From: an uncultured virus (IMG/VR IMGVR_UViG_3300008120_007613)
Lineage: Duplodnaviria; Heunggongvirae; Uroviricota; Caudoviricetes
Reading direction: 5' to 3' (one strand)
Length of the DNA: 64,000 nt
Virus record (IMG/VR): IMGVR_UViG_3300008120_007613
A program made the position numbers and the translations under genes. A model generated the notes under the pieces. It was not told the DNA's origin and made no database searches. It saw nothing but the letters and a program-made list of their open reading frames with translations. Positions within the stretch are counted from its first letter, which is position 1; the number at the start of each line of letters is the position of its first letter. Positions 11,163 to 20,369 of this stretch are shown here, in pieces.

Positions 11163-11531
11163 ATGGCAATTTCTTACAATTGGACAATTAACCCATTAGA
11201 GTGTTACCCAACCTCATCTGAGGGACCAGATTACGTGTTTATTGCTCACTGGCAATTACATGCAACTGAAACAGTTAGTGGAACTACTTACACAGCTACA
11301 TCAATCGGTACACAAGCCGTGTCTGGTTCTGCTAGCGGTAGTTTCATTCCTTTCGAGGAATTAACATTACCTGTGGTACAGGAATGGGTTACAACTGCAA
11401 TGGGTCCTGATCAAGTAGCTAGTTTGGAAGCTGGTTTAGCACAAAACATTGCTAATCAGATCAATCCACCAGTAGTGACTTTACAGTCTCCATGGTTAAC
11501 ACCAGCCCCAACAGGATCTGGATCTCTTTAA
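11163..11531 (+). CDS. Tail-fibre-associated protein
   Basis: Follows the fibre gene. 'FIPFEELT...V.EWV...IANQINPP...PW' is typical of small fibre-associated proteins. Confidence 0.55.
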   Translation: MAISYNWTINPLECYPTSSEGPDYVFIAHWQLHATETVSGTTYTATSIGTQAVSGSASGSFIPFEELTLPVVQEWVTTAMGPDQVASLEAGLAQNIANQINPPVVTLQSPWLTPAPTGSGSL

Positions 11532-11539
11532 TATAAATT

Positions 11540-12115
11540 ATGGCTTTAACAGGCAGTGGACAAATAACGTTTGATAACGTAAGGACAGAGATGTCTCAAA
11601 GCTCACTTACTAGTTATGCTTTTAGTAAATGGGCTAGTGGATATAATAATTATTACACTAGTACAGGAGTTTACGCCCCTATAAATTATATATCTTCTGG
11701 TTCTAGGTGGTCTACATCTACCACCATGAGTTTATCTAATTTATCAATGTCTGCTTGGTATAGTTATGACCATAGTCAACGTATTACCTCTAGTGTAACT
11801 GGTACTTTACAAACTCACTTTAATTATTATACCTCTGGTATTATTCCTTCAACTATGTTGATTGTAGAAGTAGGTACATCTAATGCAACTTATACTATTA
11901 ACATATCAGGAAGTAATTCTCCCTATGGAAATGCAATAATGTATGTATTTTATGGTAAACCATGGGAAATAGGAGGATTAAATTCAGGATCGGCTGCTAC
12001 AAAAATAACAGGTGCTTTATATGGAGCACAAAACATGAGTTTTAGTTATAATTATACCTACGATGCTAATAAAGGAGATCGTTTATACTTTGTAATATTA
12101 CCAGATCCTACTTAA
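11540..12115 (+). CDS. Putative minor virion protein
   Basis: Ser/Thr/Tyr-rich. N-terminus 'MALTGSGQITFDNVRTEM' resembles phage fibre-tip/adhesin N-termini. Confidence 0.5.
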   Translation: MALTGSGQITFDNVRTEMSQSSLTSYAFSKWASGYNNYYTSTGVYAPINYISSGSRWSTSTTMSLSNLSMSAWYSYDHSQRITSSVTGTLQTHFNYYTSGIIPSTMLIVEVGTSNATYTINISGSNSPYGNAIMYVFYGKPWEIGGLNSGSAATKITGALYGAQNMSFSYNYTYDANKGDRLYFVILPDPT

Positions 12116-12127
12116 AAATGTTATACT

Positions 12128-12565
12128 ATGGCTTATAAAATTTGGGTAACTCCTGCAGCAACAACTACTATTACTGTTTATATAACATATGGGGCTGATC
12201 CTACAGGTGAAACCACAAGTGGTTTTGGATTTTACTATGCTCTAAGTTCAGATAATATTACTTATGGTTCTGATATTTTAATAGCAGCAGGACAAGACAT
12301 CACTACAGAATGTCAATCTTGGAATATAAGTGTTCCTCAAAACTATTATGGTGCTTTTGGATTTAAAAAAACATCTGATAATTCAGGTAGATATTTTACA
12401 GGTACTAAATTAGGAGGTACCTGCCCTGCTCAAGCATTAGATTTTTGTGGAACAGCAGGAACAGGAGATTCTCCTTATGTTACTTCTTGGTCTACATCAG
12501 GAGGTACTATATATTTTACAATATATGTAAATGTTAAAGCAGGGTATATATTTGAAGCTTGTTAA
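12128..12565 (+). CDS. Hypothetical, probably virion-associated beta-rich protein
   Basis: 145-aa ORF, Thr/Gly/Tyr-rich, in the tail cluster. Confidence 0.45.
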   Translation: MAYKIWVTPAATTTITVYITYGADPTGETTSGFGFYYALSSDNITYGSDILIAAGQDITTECQSWNISVPQNYYGAFGFKKTSDNSGRYFTGTKLGGTCPAQALDFCGTAGTGDSPYVTSWSTSGGTIYFTIYVNVKAGYIFEAC

Positions 12566-12567
12566 TA

Positions 12568-13143
12568 ATGTTACAAAAATTAAATGTTTCGCTAGATAAT
12601 CCAATAGGGGTATTAAATGAGTTTAAAACTCAAATGACCCAAGACTATATTAGATATAATGATTGGAGAATATCTAAATCTAAATTAGGGAATCATTTAG
12701 TTTTAGAAAAAGCATTCTATAGAACAAATATATTTAGTGATAGTGTTCGTTTTATAGAAAAATATTTTGATAAAATATACAATAGAGAGTTTACTTCTAT
12801 ATTATGTGGTGGGTTAGGATTGGGAGTAGCCCCGTTCATGTCTCAAACATTCTGTGATGTGATTGATGTAGTAGAGATAGACGTTGATCTAATTCGTTTA
12901 GTTGATACAGCAGAATATTTAGATCCAAAAGTCAATATTATACATGGTGATTTCTTCACTTATAAACCACAGCAAACATATGATGTAATACTTGTCGATA
13001 TTTGGCAAGATGAACTTGGAGATTTTGAAAAAGAGGTAAATATTATAATGGAAAGATATGCACCATATATAAATGATGATGGATTATTATATTTTCCACT
13101 AGTTAATTTATTAGAAAAAGATAAGGCACCTTGTAACTGTTAA
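12568..13143 (+). CDS. Class I SAM-dependent methyltransferase (spermidine-synthase-like fold)
   Basis: 'ILCGGLGLG', 'DVVEID', 'IIHGDFF', 'YDVILVDIW' motifs. ATG at 12568. Confidence 0.75.
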   Translation: MLQKLNVSLDNPIGVLNEFKTQMTQDYIRYNDWRISKSKLGNHLVLEKAFYRTNIFSDSVRFIEKYFDKIYNREFTSILCGGLGLGVAPFMSQTFCDVIDVVEIDVDLIRLVDTAEYLDPKVNIIHGDFFTYKPQQTYDVILVDIWQDELGDFEKEVNIIMERYAPYINDDGLLYFPLVNLLEKDKAPCNC

Positions 13144-13151
13144 AAATAAAC

Positions 13152-13182
13152 TTGGTTGTCTTCCATCTCTTTGATATATTTA
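13152..13182 (+). promoter_or_regulatory. Bacteroidota-type promoter (TTGG-N19-TATATTTA)
   Basis: Intergenic, exact 19-nt spacer, overlaps an ATATTTAT motif. Confidence 0.65.
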
Positions 13183-13207
13183 TATACGAAACCAAAAATA
13201 AATAAAC

Positions 13208-13408
13208 ATGTTAACAACTATCCTCGTATTAGCTGTAATCGCTGCTGTAGTATTCTTCTTAATGAAGAAAGGCAAAATTGCTGATGCTAACAACAACAAC
13301 ATTCCTGATGCTATTGAAAATAAAGTAGCTGAAGTAAAGGAAGAAGTTAAAGAAGTAGTAAAAAAAGCTAAAAAAACAACTGCTAAAAAAGCAAAAACAC
13401 AAAAATAA
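13208..13408 (+). CDS. Small membrane-anchored protein with Lys-rich tail
   Basis: N-terminal hydrophobic helix, 'DANNNNIPD' motif, basic C-terminus. Confidence 0.7.
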   Translation: MLTTILVLAVIAAVVFFLMKKGKIADANNNNIPDAIENKVAEVKEEVKEVVKKAKKTTAKKAKTQK

Positions 13409-13411
13409 TAT

Positions 13412-13882
13412 ATGGAAAAAATTACATTGAAGTTATCTGAGTTCTATCAGCTCGAGGCTGAATTAAATGGATTATCTAACCAATCAACTGGTGAAGTAAT
13501 TTCAAAAGGCTTATTGAGCGAAAAAATCAAATTAACTACAAAGTATTGGTTACATGACCTCAATAAGAAGGTTGCTGCTGAAAAAGAATCAGTAGAGAAA
13601 CTTAAAGAGGAATTAATCAAGAAGTACGGTACAGAAGAAAACGGAGCAATCAGTATTCCACTTTACATTAACGAGGTAATCGATGAAGATACTAAAGAAG
13701 TAACTTCACGTGAAGTAAACCCTGACTTTATTAAGTTTCAAAACGATTTCAATGCTTTATTAGGTGAAGAGCGTGAGTTAGAATACCATGCTTTTAAACT
13801 TGAAGAGTTTGAAGGTGTTGAAACTGAAGGTGTTTACAATACATTCTTTAAGCTCGTTAAAGTAGAAGAAGATAATGCTTAA
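13412..13882 (+). CDS. Hypothetical acidic helical protein
   Basis: 156-aa ORF tightly packed in the operon. Confidence 0.7.
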   Translation: MEKITLKLSEFYQLEAELNGLSNQSTGEVISKGLLSEKIKLTTKYWLHDLNKKVAAEKESVEKLKEELIKKYGTEENGAISIPLYINEVIDEDTKEVTSREVNPDFIKFQNDFNALLGEERELEYHAFKLEEFEGVETEGVYNTFFKLVKVEEDNA

Positions 13883-14108
13883 AATAGTTGAAATTGCTAA
13901 GGCATGGATAGCTGCGGCTAATCCAACTCCTGAGCAACAAGCTATAGCAGAATATCGTGCCGCAACGTGTGATAAATGTCCACATAGAAACTATGTGACA
14001 GCAATTAATACATTCGTCTGTGGTAAATGTGGATGTCCATTAAGTAAAAAAATATTTAGTCCTTTACCAGGACAACAAGCATGCCCAGATAAACGCTGGG
14101 AACAATAA
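13875..14108 (+). CDS. Small Cys-rich putative Zn-binding protein
   Basis: CDKC...CGKCGCP...CP...W. Confidence 0.65.
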   Translation: MLKIVEIAKAWIAAANPTPEQQAIAEYRAATCDKCPHRNYVTAINTFVCGKCGCPLSKKIFSPLPGQQACPDKRWEQ

Positions 14109-14118
14109 AATAAAGTAT

Positions 14119-14391
14119 ATGTCAGAAAACAAAAAACTTACTGCTGAAGAGTTGCAACAAATTACTGAAATGCAACAACAGTACAACAAGTTCGTATTTG
14201 AACTTGGATCAATTGAAGCACAACTCCAAAACGTACTTACTACTAAAACGTTAATTGAAACTGAAAAAACTAACGTGTTAGAAGACATTAAAAAATTAGG
14301 TGAGCGTGAAAAAGAAGTTATCAATACTCTCCAAGCAAAATATGGTGCTGGAAATATTGATGCTCAGACTGGTGAAATAACTCCGTTCTAA
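14119..14391 (+). CDS. Hypothetical coiled-coil protein
   Basis: Heptad-rich, ends 'KYGAGNIDAQTGEI'. Confidence 0.65.
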   Translation: MSENKKLTAEELQQITEMQQQYNKFVFELGSIEAQLQNVLTTKTLIETEKTNVLEDIKKLGEREKEVINTLQAKYGAGNIDAQTGEITPF

Positions 14392-14426
14392 TTTAACTAA
14401 TTTCTGCGTTTTACGTGTCCTTGTAA

Positions 14427-14434
14427 ATATTTAT
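14427..14434 (+). promoter_or_regulatory. Putative late-promoter motif ATATTTAT
   Basis: Intergenic, upstream of the tail sheath gene. Same motif precedes the tube, tape measure and other structural genes. Confidence 0.55.
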
Positions 14435-14476
14435 CGTTAGGTAATCCCTAATATAAATTAAACAATTACAAATAAA

Positions 14477-16510
14477 ATGGCAGAAATTATTCTTTCTCCT
14501 GGTGTATTCCAGATCGAATCCGATCAGAGTTTATATACTCAAGCACCACCAGCTCTTGGTGCAGCTATTGTAGGTCCTACAGTAGGTGGTCGTCCATTCG
14601 TACCAACTTATGTTACCACATACACTCAATATTTAAACATATTCGGTGACACTTTCAAAAGTGGTAGCTACTATTACGAATACTTCACATCACAAGCTGC
14701 TCGCGAGTATTTCCAAAACGGTGGTCAATCATTATTAGTAACTAGAATTATTAGCGGATCTAGTGGTATTAGTACTTATGCTCAATCTAATGTAGCTGCT
14801 ATTGATACTTTAACTAGTGGTACTGCCTCTATAGCTAGTTTAAACTTAACTAATGCTGCTGCTGCTCAGCATTCTGCTTCTATTAATGGAACTTACACAT
14901 TAAGTTTATCTGGATCATCTGTACAGGATGTTTACAATAATCTTACTGCTTCTGCAGCATACAGTGCTATTTCAAGTAGTGTGGTTAGTGCTTCATTTTC
15001 AACCCCAAATGTAATATTTACTGCTATTCCTAAAGGAACAGTAGGTAATAATTACTATGTTGTTTCAGGAAGTACTACAACTATATTTAGTGGAGGTGTT
15101 GACGTAAATTCATTTACACTTGAAGCATTATCTTGGGGTAACCAAATGAATAATGCTGTTACTTCATCTCAAATTGTTTCTGGATCTACTAGTGGTGGTA
15201 TTTTACCAAGTGGTTCATCTCAAAACGTTCGTTGGGAAGTAACTAGTGTAAATACAGGAAGTGCAGGTGGTACATTCACAATTGTAGTACGTCGTGGTGA
15301 TGATAATACTTCTCAAGAAAATGTATTAGAAACATGGGCTAATGTGAGTTTAGATCCTCAACAACCAAACTTTATATCTCGTGTAATTGGTGATTTAAAA
15401 CCAGTATTCAATACTACAACAGGACAGGTTGATTTTACAGGTAGCTATGCTAACCAATCTCAATATGTTCGTGTTGCTTCAGTAACTACTCCAAACGTAG
15501 ATTCGATTGATAATAATGGTAATTTTAAATCTACTCAGTATAGCGGCTCATTACCATTAGTAGGTAGTGGTTCAGCTGGTGGTGGATTTACAGGTGGTGT
15601 AGCTGATACCAACTTACCAAAATTAATGAATGAAACAATTACTATTACTAATATCCAAGGTTTCACTCCAGATGATTACAATCGTGCTTTCACATTATTA
15701 TCAAATAAAGATGAATATGCATTCAATGTATTATTAGCCCCAGGTGCTGGTTTAGATACAGCTGCCTCTGATAATATGATTGCATGTGTTGAAGGTCGTG
15801 GTGATGCAATTGCAATTGTAGATAATGGTGTTTATGGAACTACAATTAATGGTGCTACTACAAATGCCGCTGGTGCCTCTAGCAACTACGGTGCTACTTA
15901 TTATCCTTGGGTTCAATTATACAGCTCTAACTTAGGTAAGACTGTATGGTGTCCTCCATCAACAGTAATCGGTGGTGTATTAGCATTCAACGACCAAGTA
16001 GGTGCTGAATGGTTCGCCCCAGCAGGTTTAAATCGTGGTGGTATCCCATCAGTAGTACGTGCAGAACGTCGCTTATCTCAATCAGATCGTGATACATTAT
16101 ATACAGGTAATGTTAACCCATTAGCTACATTCCCAGGAACTGGAGTATGTGTTTGGGGTCAGAAAACATTACAACGCAAACCAACAGCTCTTGATCGTGT
16201 AAACGTTCGTCGCTTGTTGATTGCATTGAAAGACTTCATTGGTGGTGTTGCTCGCAACTTGGTATTCGAACAAAACACAGCAGTTACTCGTAACCGCTTC
16301 TTAAGCCAAGTTAACCCATATCTTGAGTCTGTAGTTCAACGTCAAGGTTTATATGCTTACAAGGTGATTATGGATGATTCTAATAATACACCTGATGTAA
16401 TCGACCGTAACCAATTAGTAGGTCAGATCTATATCCAACCAACTAAGACTGCTGAATACATCATCTTGAACTTTAACTTAACTCCAACTGGTGCTGAGTT
16501 CCCTGCCTAA
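14477..16510 (+). CDS. Contractile tail sheath protein
   Basis: 'LSPGV..ESD', 'YYPWV', 'WFAPAGLNRG', 'WGQKTL...DRVNVRRL', 'FEQN', 'IYIQPTKTAEYIILNF'. Confidence 0.95.
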   Translation: MAEIILSPGVFQIESDQSLYTQAPPALGAAIVGPTVGGRPFVPTYVTTYTQYLNIFGDTFKSGSYYYEYFTSQAAREYFQNGGQSLLVTRIISGSSGISTYAQSNVAAIDTLTSGTASIASLNLTNAAAAQHSASINGTYTLSLSGSSVQDVYNNLTASAAYSAISSSVVSASFSTPNVIFTAIPKGTVGNNYYVVSGSTTTIFSGGVDVNSFTLEALSWGNQMNNAVTSSQIVSGSTSGGILPSGSSQNVRWEVTSVNTGSAGGTFTIVVRRGDDNTSQENVLETWANVSLDPQQPNFISRVIGDLKPVFNTTTGQVDFTGSYANQSQYVRVASVTTPNVDSIDNNGNFKSTQYSGSLPLVGSGSAGGGFTGGVADTNLPKLMNETITITNIQGFTPDDYNRAFTLLSNKDEYAFNVLLAPGAGLDTAASDNMIACVEGRGDAIAIVDNGVYGTTINGATTNAAGASSNYGATYYPWVQLYSSNLGKTVWCPPSTVIGGVLAFNDQVGAEWFAPAGLNRGGIPSVVRAERRLSQSDRDTLYTGNVNPLATFPGTGVCVWGQKTLQRKPTALDRVNVRRLLIALKDFIGGVARNLVFEQNTAVTRNRFLSQVNPYLESVVQRQGLYAYKVIMDDSNNTPDVIDRNQLVGQIYIQPTKTAEYIILNFNLTPTGAEFPA

Positions 16511-16520
16511 GGGACTCAGC
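16493..16520 (+). other. Stem-loop spanning the sheath stop codon
   Basis: GCTGAGTTCCC-TGCCTAA-GGGACTCAGC. No U-tract. An ATATTTAT motif follows at 16527. Confidence 0.55.
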
Positions 16521-16526
16521 CAGTTA

Positions 16527-16534
16527 ATATTTAT
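16527..16534 (+). promoter_or_regulatory. Putative late-promoter motif ATATTTAT
   Basis: Intergenic, upstream of the tail tube gene. Confidence 0.55.
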
Positions 16535-16560
16535 TAACAGCAATTAAACATTAAAATAAA

Positions 16561-17046
16561 ATGGCAGTATTAAATCCGAACGAAATCATGTTTACAGCGT
16601 TTGAACCAAAAGTTCAGAATCGCTTTATCATGTATATCGATGGAATCCCAGCATATTTGATTAAAGCAGCTAGCGCTCCTGGATTCGAAGCTGGAGAAAT
16701 TATCTTAGATCATATCAACGTTTATCGTAAAGTTAAAGGTAAAGTTCGTTGGAATGATATGACTTTAAGTTTATACGATCCTGTAACCCCAAGTGGTGCT
16801 CAAGCAGTAATGGAATGGGCTCGTTTGGCACACGAATCAGTAACTGGTCGTGATGGTTACTCCGATTTCTACAAAAAAGATTTAACATTAGATATCTTAG
16901 GTCCAGTAGGTGATATCGTAGGTGAGTGGATTGTTAAAGGTGCTTATGTAAAAACAGCAACTTTCGGTGAGTATGATTGGGCTAACGATGCAGCAATCAA
17001 CTTGTCCGTAACAATCGCTATGGACTATTGCGTTCTTAACTTCTAA
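16561..17046 (+). CDS. Tail tube protein (T4 gp19-like)
   Basis: Directly follows the sheath gene. 'FEPKVQNRF', 'KGKVRWNDMTLSLYDP', 'GEWIVKGAY'. Confidence 0.9.
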   Translation: MAVLNPNEIMFTAFEPKVQNRFIMYIDGIPAYLIKAASAPGFEAGEIILDHINVYRKVKGKVRWNDMTLSLYDPVTPSGAQAVMEWARLAHESVTGRDGYSDFYKKDLTLDILGPVGDIVGEWIVKGAYVKTATFGEYDWANDAAINLSVTIAMDYCVLNF

Positions 17047-17070
17047 TCACTCTTCATATTTCTTTTCTTT

Positions 17071-17101
17071 AAGCGTCTGCTTTGGCAGACGCTTTCCTTT
17101 T
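17071..17101 (+). terminator. Intrinsic terminator after the tail tube gene
   Basis: AAGCGTCTGC-TTTG-GCAGACGCTT followed by TCCTTTT. Confidence 0.8.
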
Positions 17102-17112
17102 GCATATATTTA
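17082..17112 (+). promoter_or_regulatory. Bacteroidota-type promoter (TTGG-N19-TATATTTA)
   Basis: Exact spacer. Overlaps the terminator hairpin. Confidence 0.6.
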
Positions 17113-17134
17113 TATACACAAATTAAATTAGTTT

Positions 17135-17926
17135 ATGGCTGAATTAAAGTTACCAACTGAGGTAGTAAAATTACCTTCCAAAGGTTTATTGTACCCTAAA
17201 GAATCACCACTTTCTAAAGGTGAAATAGAAATGTCCTACATGACTGCAAAGCATGAAGATATTCTTACTAACGTTAACTTTATCAAAAACGGAACAGTTA
17301 TTGATAAATTATTACAAGCATTGATCGTTACCCCAATTAATTATGATGAATTGTTAATTGGTGACAAAAATGCAGTGTTAGTAGCTGCTCGTATCTTAGG
17401 ATATGGCAAAGATTATTCATTTAAGTACACTGATGATCGTGGAAATGAAAAAGAAGCAACTGTTGATTTATCTGCGCTAGATGAAAAACTAATAGACGAA
17501 TCATTATTTACAGCGGGTGTAAACGAATTTGCGTTTAATACGCCTAAAACTGGGGCTTTATTAACCTTTAAATTATTAACACACGGTGATGAAAAGAAAA
17601 TTGAAGCCGAAATTAAAGGATTACAAAAAGTAAATCCAAATGGTTCATATGACGTTACAACACGTTTAAAACACACTATCACTTCAGTAAACGGAGAACG
17701 TGACCAAAAAACAATTCGTGACTTCGTAGATAATTATTTACTTGCCCCTGATGCTAGAGCATTACGTGAATATTATTCTAAAGTACAACCTGATATTGAG
17801 TTGAAATTTATCCCTGATGAAAACTATGTTGGGGAGGGCATAGCTTATAGCACGACCAAACATAGCTCCAACATATACTGCGAAGGTGCCAAAAAAATAG
17901 GCACCTTCAATATTTATACGATGTAA
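17135..17926 (+). CDS. Baseplate hub assembly/tail chaperone (T4 gp26-like); C-terminus apparently disrupted near 17845
   Basis: 'LPSKGLLYP', 'YMTAKHEDIL', 'RILGYGKDY', 'DARALREY..VQPDI'. The last ~26 codons run through a hairpin and a promoter motif. Confidence 0.7.
   Translation: MAELKLPTEVVKLPSKGLLYPKESPLSKGEIEMSYMTAKHEDILTNVNFIKNGTVIDKLLQALIVTPINYDELLIGDKNAVLVAARILGYGKDYSFKYTDDRGNEKEATVDLSALDEKLIDESLFTAGVNEFAFNTPKTGALLTFKLLTHGDEKKIEAEIKGLQKVNPNGSYDVTTRLKHTITSVNGERDQKTIRDFVDNYLLAPDARALREYYSKVQPDIELKFIPDENYVGEGIAYSTTKHSSNIYCEGAKKIGTFNIYTM
17882..17908 (+). terminator. Stem-loop, probable terminator or processing site
   Basis: GAAGGTGCC-AAAAAAATA-GGCACCTTC, a perfect 9-bp stem. Confidence 0.55.
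17910..17917 (+). promoter_or_regulatory. Putative late-promoter motif ATATTTAT
   Basis: Upstream of the tape measure gene. Confidence 0.5.
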
Positions 17927-17935
17927 TACTATAGC

Positions 17936-19978
17936 ATGGCTGATCCACAACAATTACAACAACAGGTACAAGCACTTAATGATCAGTTAGATATATTAAA
18001 TGACAATTTTAATAATATATCTAATAAGTTAGGTAAAGATCTAAAAAAAGCTCTAAGTGATCTTTCTGTAGATGCTGGTGAATTTATAAATAAATTTGAA
18101 AGTGGTCAGAAAGTTACAGCATCATTAGGTTCAAAGTTGATTAGTATACAAAAACAAGCTAATAGACTTTCTATAGATAGAACTGATTTAGAATCAAAAT
18201 TAAATCAAGCAATTAGAGATAGAAACTTTAAACAACAAAAGTCTATCGAAAAGAAGCTTGTAGAAAATAAATACGCTACTCAGCAACTTGAATTAAATCA
18301 ATCTCTCCTCATTAAGTTAAAACAAATAGTAGATGAGGAAGATAACAGAAAGAAAAAATTAGAAGAAGAAGCAATTCTTGAAAAAAGTATATATCTCCAA
18401 GCTAAAAAAAGATATGAATTTTTAAAAACAAGTTTAACAGGTATATTTACATACTTATTAACTGCTTTTAAAGTAGTTGATCAAGCAACAACTGATGTAG
18501 CTAAGTCAACAGGAATTACAAAAGAAGCAGCAAAAGATCTTGTAGATCAATTTGACAAGTATGCAAAAAGTGTTGGAGATAGTTTCGTTAGTTTACAAAA
18601 GTTAGCTAAAGCACAAACAGAGCTTAATGCACAATTAGGAATTGCTGTTAGGTATAGTGCAGAAGAATTAGAAACATTTGCTCGTTTAACAACAATAATG
18701 GGGTTAACGAGTGATGAAGCAGGAAAACTAGCTCAGTTTTCAGCAGCATCAGGAGTATCTATTGAAAGTTATGTTAATAACATTCGTGAAGGTGCATTTG
18801 CAGCTCAACTAAGTACAAAAACTCACTTTACCTCCAAACAAATATTACAAGATATATCTAAATTAAGTGCAGGTATACTTGTTAAATTCCAAGGTAATCC
18901 TAAAGCAATAGCTCAAGCAGTAGTACAAGCAAAAGCATTAGGTACTTCTTTAGAGCAAGTAGATAAAACAGCAGAATCACTTTTAAATTTTGAATCTTCA
19001 ATTGGAGCTGAACTTGAAGCTGAATTAATAACAGGAAGACAACTTAACTTTGAAAGAGCAAGAGCAGCTGCATTAACAGGTGATCAAGTTACATTAATGG
19101 AAGAAATGGCTGCTCAAGCAGGTTCACTTGCTGAGTTCCAAGACATGAATGTAATTGCTCAGCAATCATTAGCTCAAGCATTTGGAATGAGTGCTAGTGA
19201 AATGGCTGAAATGCTAATGAAGCAAGAGGCTATTGCTAAATACGGAGATGAAGCAGCTAAATTAAACCAAGAGCAGTTAGATTATATGCAGAAAAATAAT
19301 CTAACAGCAGCTCAAATGGTAGAAAAAATAGATAACCAAAGATCAGCTCAAGAAAAGTTCAATGATGCTATGGAAAAAATACAAGGCATTGTTGGAGAAT
19401 TAGTTTCAGGTCCTTTTGGACAATTAGCTGAACTGATGGGTAAAATATTAGATAGTACTGCTGGTTTAGCCGCTATTATGGCTGTTTATATAGGAAGACA
19501 AGTATTTTCTTTAGGATTAAGTATTCTTGACTACCAGGCAAAGAAAAGAGCAGCAAAGATGAATGCAGTAGATGCTTCTTTAGAAATAGCCAAATCAACC
19601 GCTAAAATACCTGGGATGGGATTAGCAGCAGCAGCACTAGCAGCAGCTGCCTTTGTAGGATTTACTGCCCTTCTTTCAAAAGCAGATGATTTTATCTCCC
19701 CAGGCTATGGTAAACGAATGATATTATCTCCTGAAGGTACTGTTGCTCTTAATGATAACGATACTATAGTAGCTGGTACTAATTTAGGAGGAAAAGGTGG
19801 TGGAGGTTCATCAAATGATGGAGTAATAGCAGCTATTGCTAATTTAACTAATATTATGTCAAAACAACCAACACCACAGTTTGCTCTTAATGTTGGTGGT
19901 GAACAAATAGGTGCCGTTGTTGGTAAACAACAATCAACAGGTACACAACAAACAATAAATTCATATAAACTAGCATAA
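17936..19978 (+). CDS. Tape measure protein
   Basis: Long Ala/Gln-rich helical protein after the tube and chaperone genes. 'LLNFESSIGAELEAELITGRQLNFERARAAAL'. Confidence 0.8.
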   Translation: MADPQQLQQQVQALNDQLDILNDNFNNISNKLGKDLKKALSDLSVDAGEFINKFESGQKVTASLGSKLISIQKQANRLSIDRTDLESKLNQAIRDRNFKQQKSIEKKLVENKYATQQLELNQSLLIKLKQIVDEEDNRKKKLEEEAILEKSIYLQAKKRYEFLKTSLTGIFTYLLTAFKVVDQATTDVAKSTGITKEAAKDLVDQFDKYAKSVGDSFVSLQKLAKAQTELNAQLGIAVRYSAEELETFARLTTIMGLTSDEAGKLAQFSAASGVSIESYVNNIREGAFAAQLSTKTHFTSKQILQDISKLSAGILVKFQGNPKAIAQAVVQAKALGTSLEQVDKTAESLLNFESSIGAELEAELITGRQLNFERARAAALTGDQVTLMEEMAAQAGSLAEFQDMNVIAQQSLAQAFGMSASEMAEMLMKQEAIAKYGDEAAKLNQEQLDYMQKNNLTAAQMVEKIDNQRSAQEKFNDAMEKIQGIVGELVSGPFGQLAELMGKILDSTAGLAAIMAVYIGRQVFSLGLSILDYQAKKRAAKMNAVDASLEIAKSTAKIPGMGLAAAALAAAAFVGFTALLSKADDFISPGYGKRMILSPEGTVALNDNDTIVAGTNLGGKGGGGSSNDGVIAAIANLTNIMSKQPTPQFALNVGGEQIGAVVGKQQSTGTQQTINSYKLA

Positions 19979-19985
19979 CAATTAA

Positions 19986-19993
19986 ATATTTAT
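19986..19993 (+). promoter_or_regulatory. Putative late-promoter motif ATATTTAT
   Basis: Intergenic, upstream of the baseplate operon. Confidence 0.5.
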
Positions 19994-20018
19994 ATCAAAC
20001 AACTAAAATTACAATAAA

Positions 20019-20360
20019 ATGCCAGTAATTAATCAATTAAACACTAGCACGTTAAGTTTACAAGGCAACCGTATCAATGCTGTTCCAACGCAACCAGCGT
20101 GGGGATACATTGATGCTTCAGCTAATTTAGATCCTGCAGCCAGTAAGTTGCAAAATACATATTCTGTTAATTCTATTCCTCCTGTAAGGTTGAAAGATTT
20201 TAACATTAATGGTGTAACTACTGTACCAGCTGAATCTAGATTAGATGAATTGGATCGCAGAGCTCCAAACTTAACAGCAGGTGGAATTGTATCTCAAGTA
20301 TACAAATCCCCAAGAGGCCGCCAATACAAAGATTTAGGCCCACGTGACGGACGTTATTAA
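20019..20360 (+). CDS. Hypothetical virion protein
   Basis: 113-aa ORF in the tail/baseplate operon. Confidence 0.55.
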   Translation: MPVINQLNTSTLSLQGNRINAVPTQPAWGYIDASANLDPAASKLQNTYSVNSIPPVRLKDFNINGVTTVPAESRLDELDRRAPNLTAGGIVSQVYKSPRGRQYKDLGPRDGRY

Positions 20361-20369
20361 TAGTGTAAG

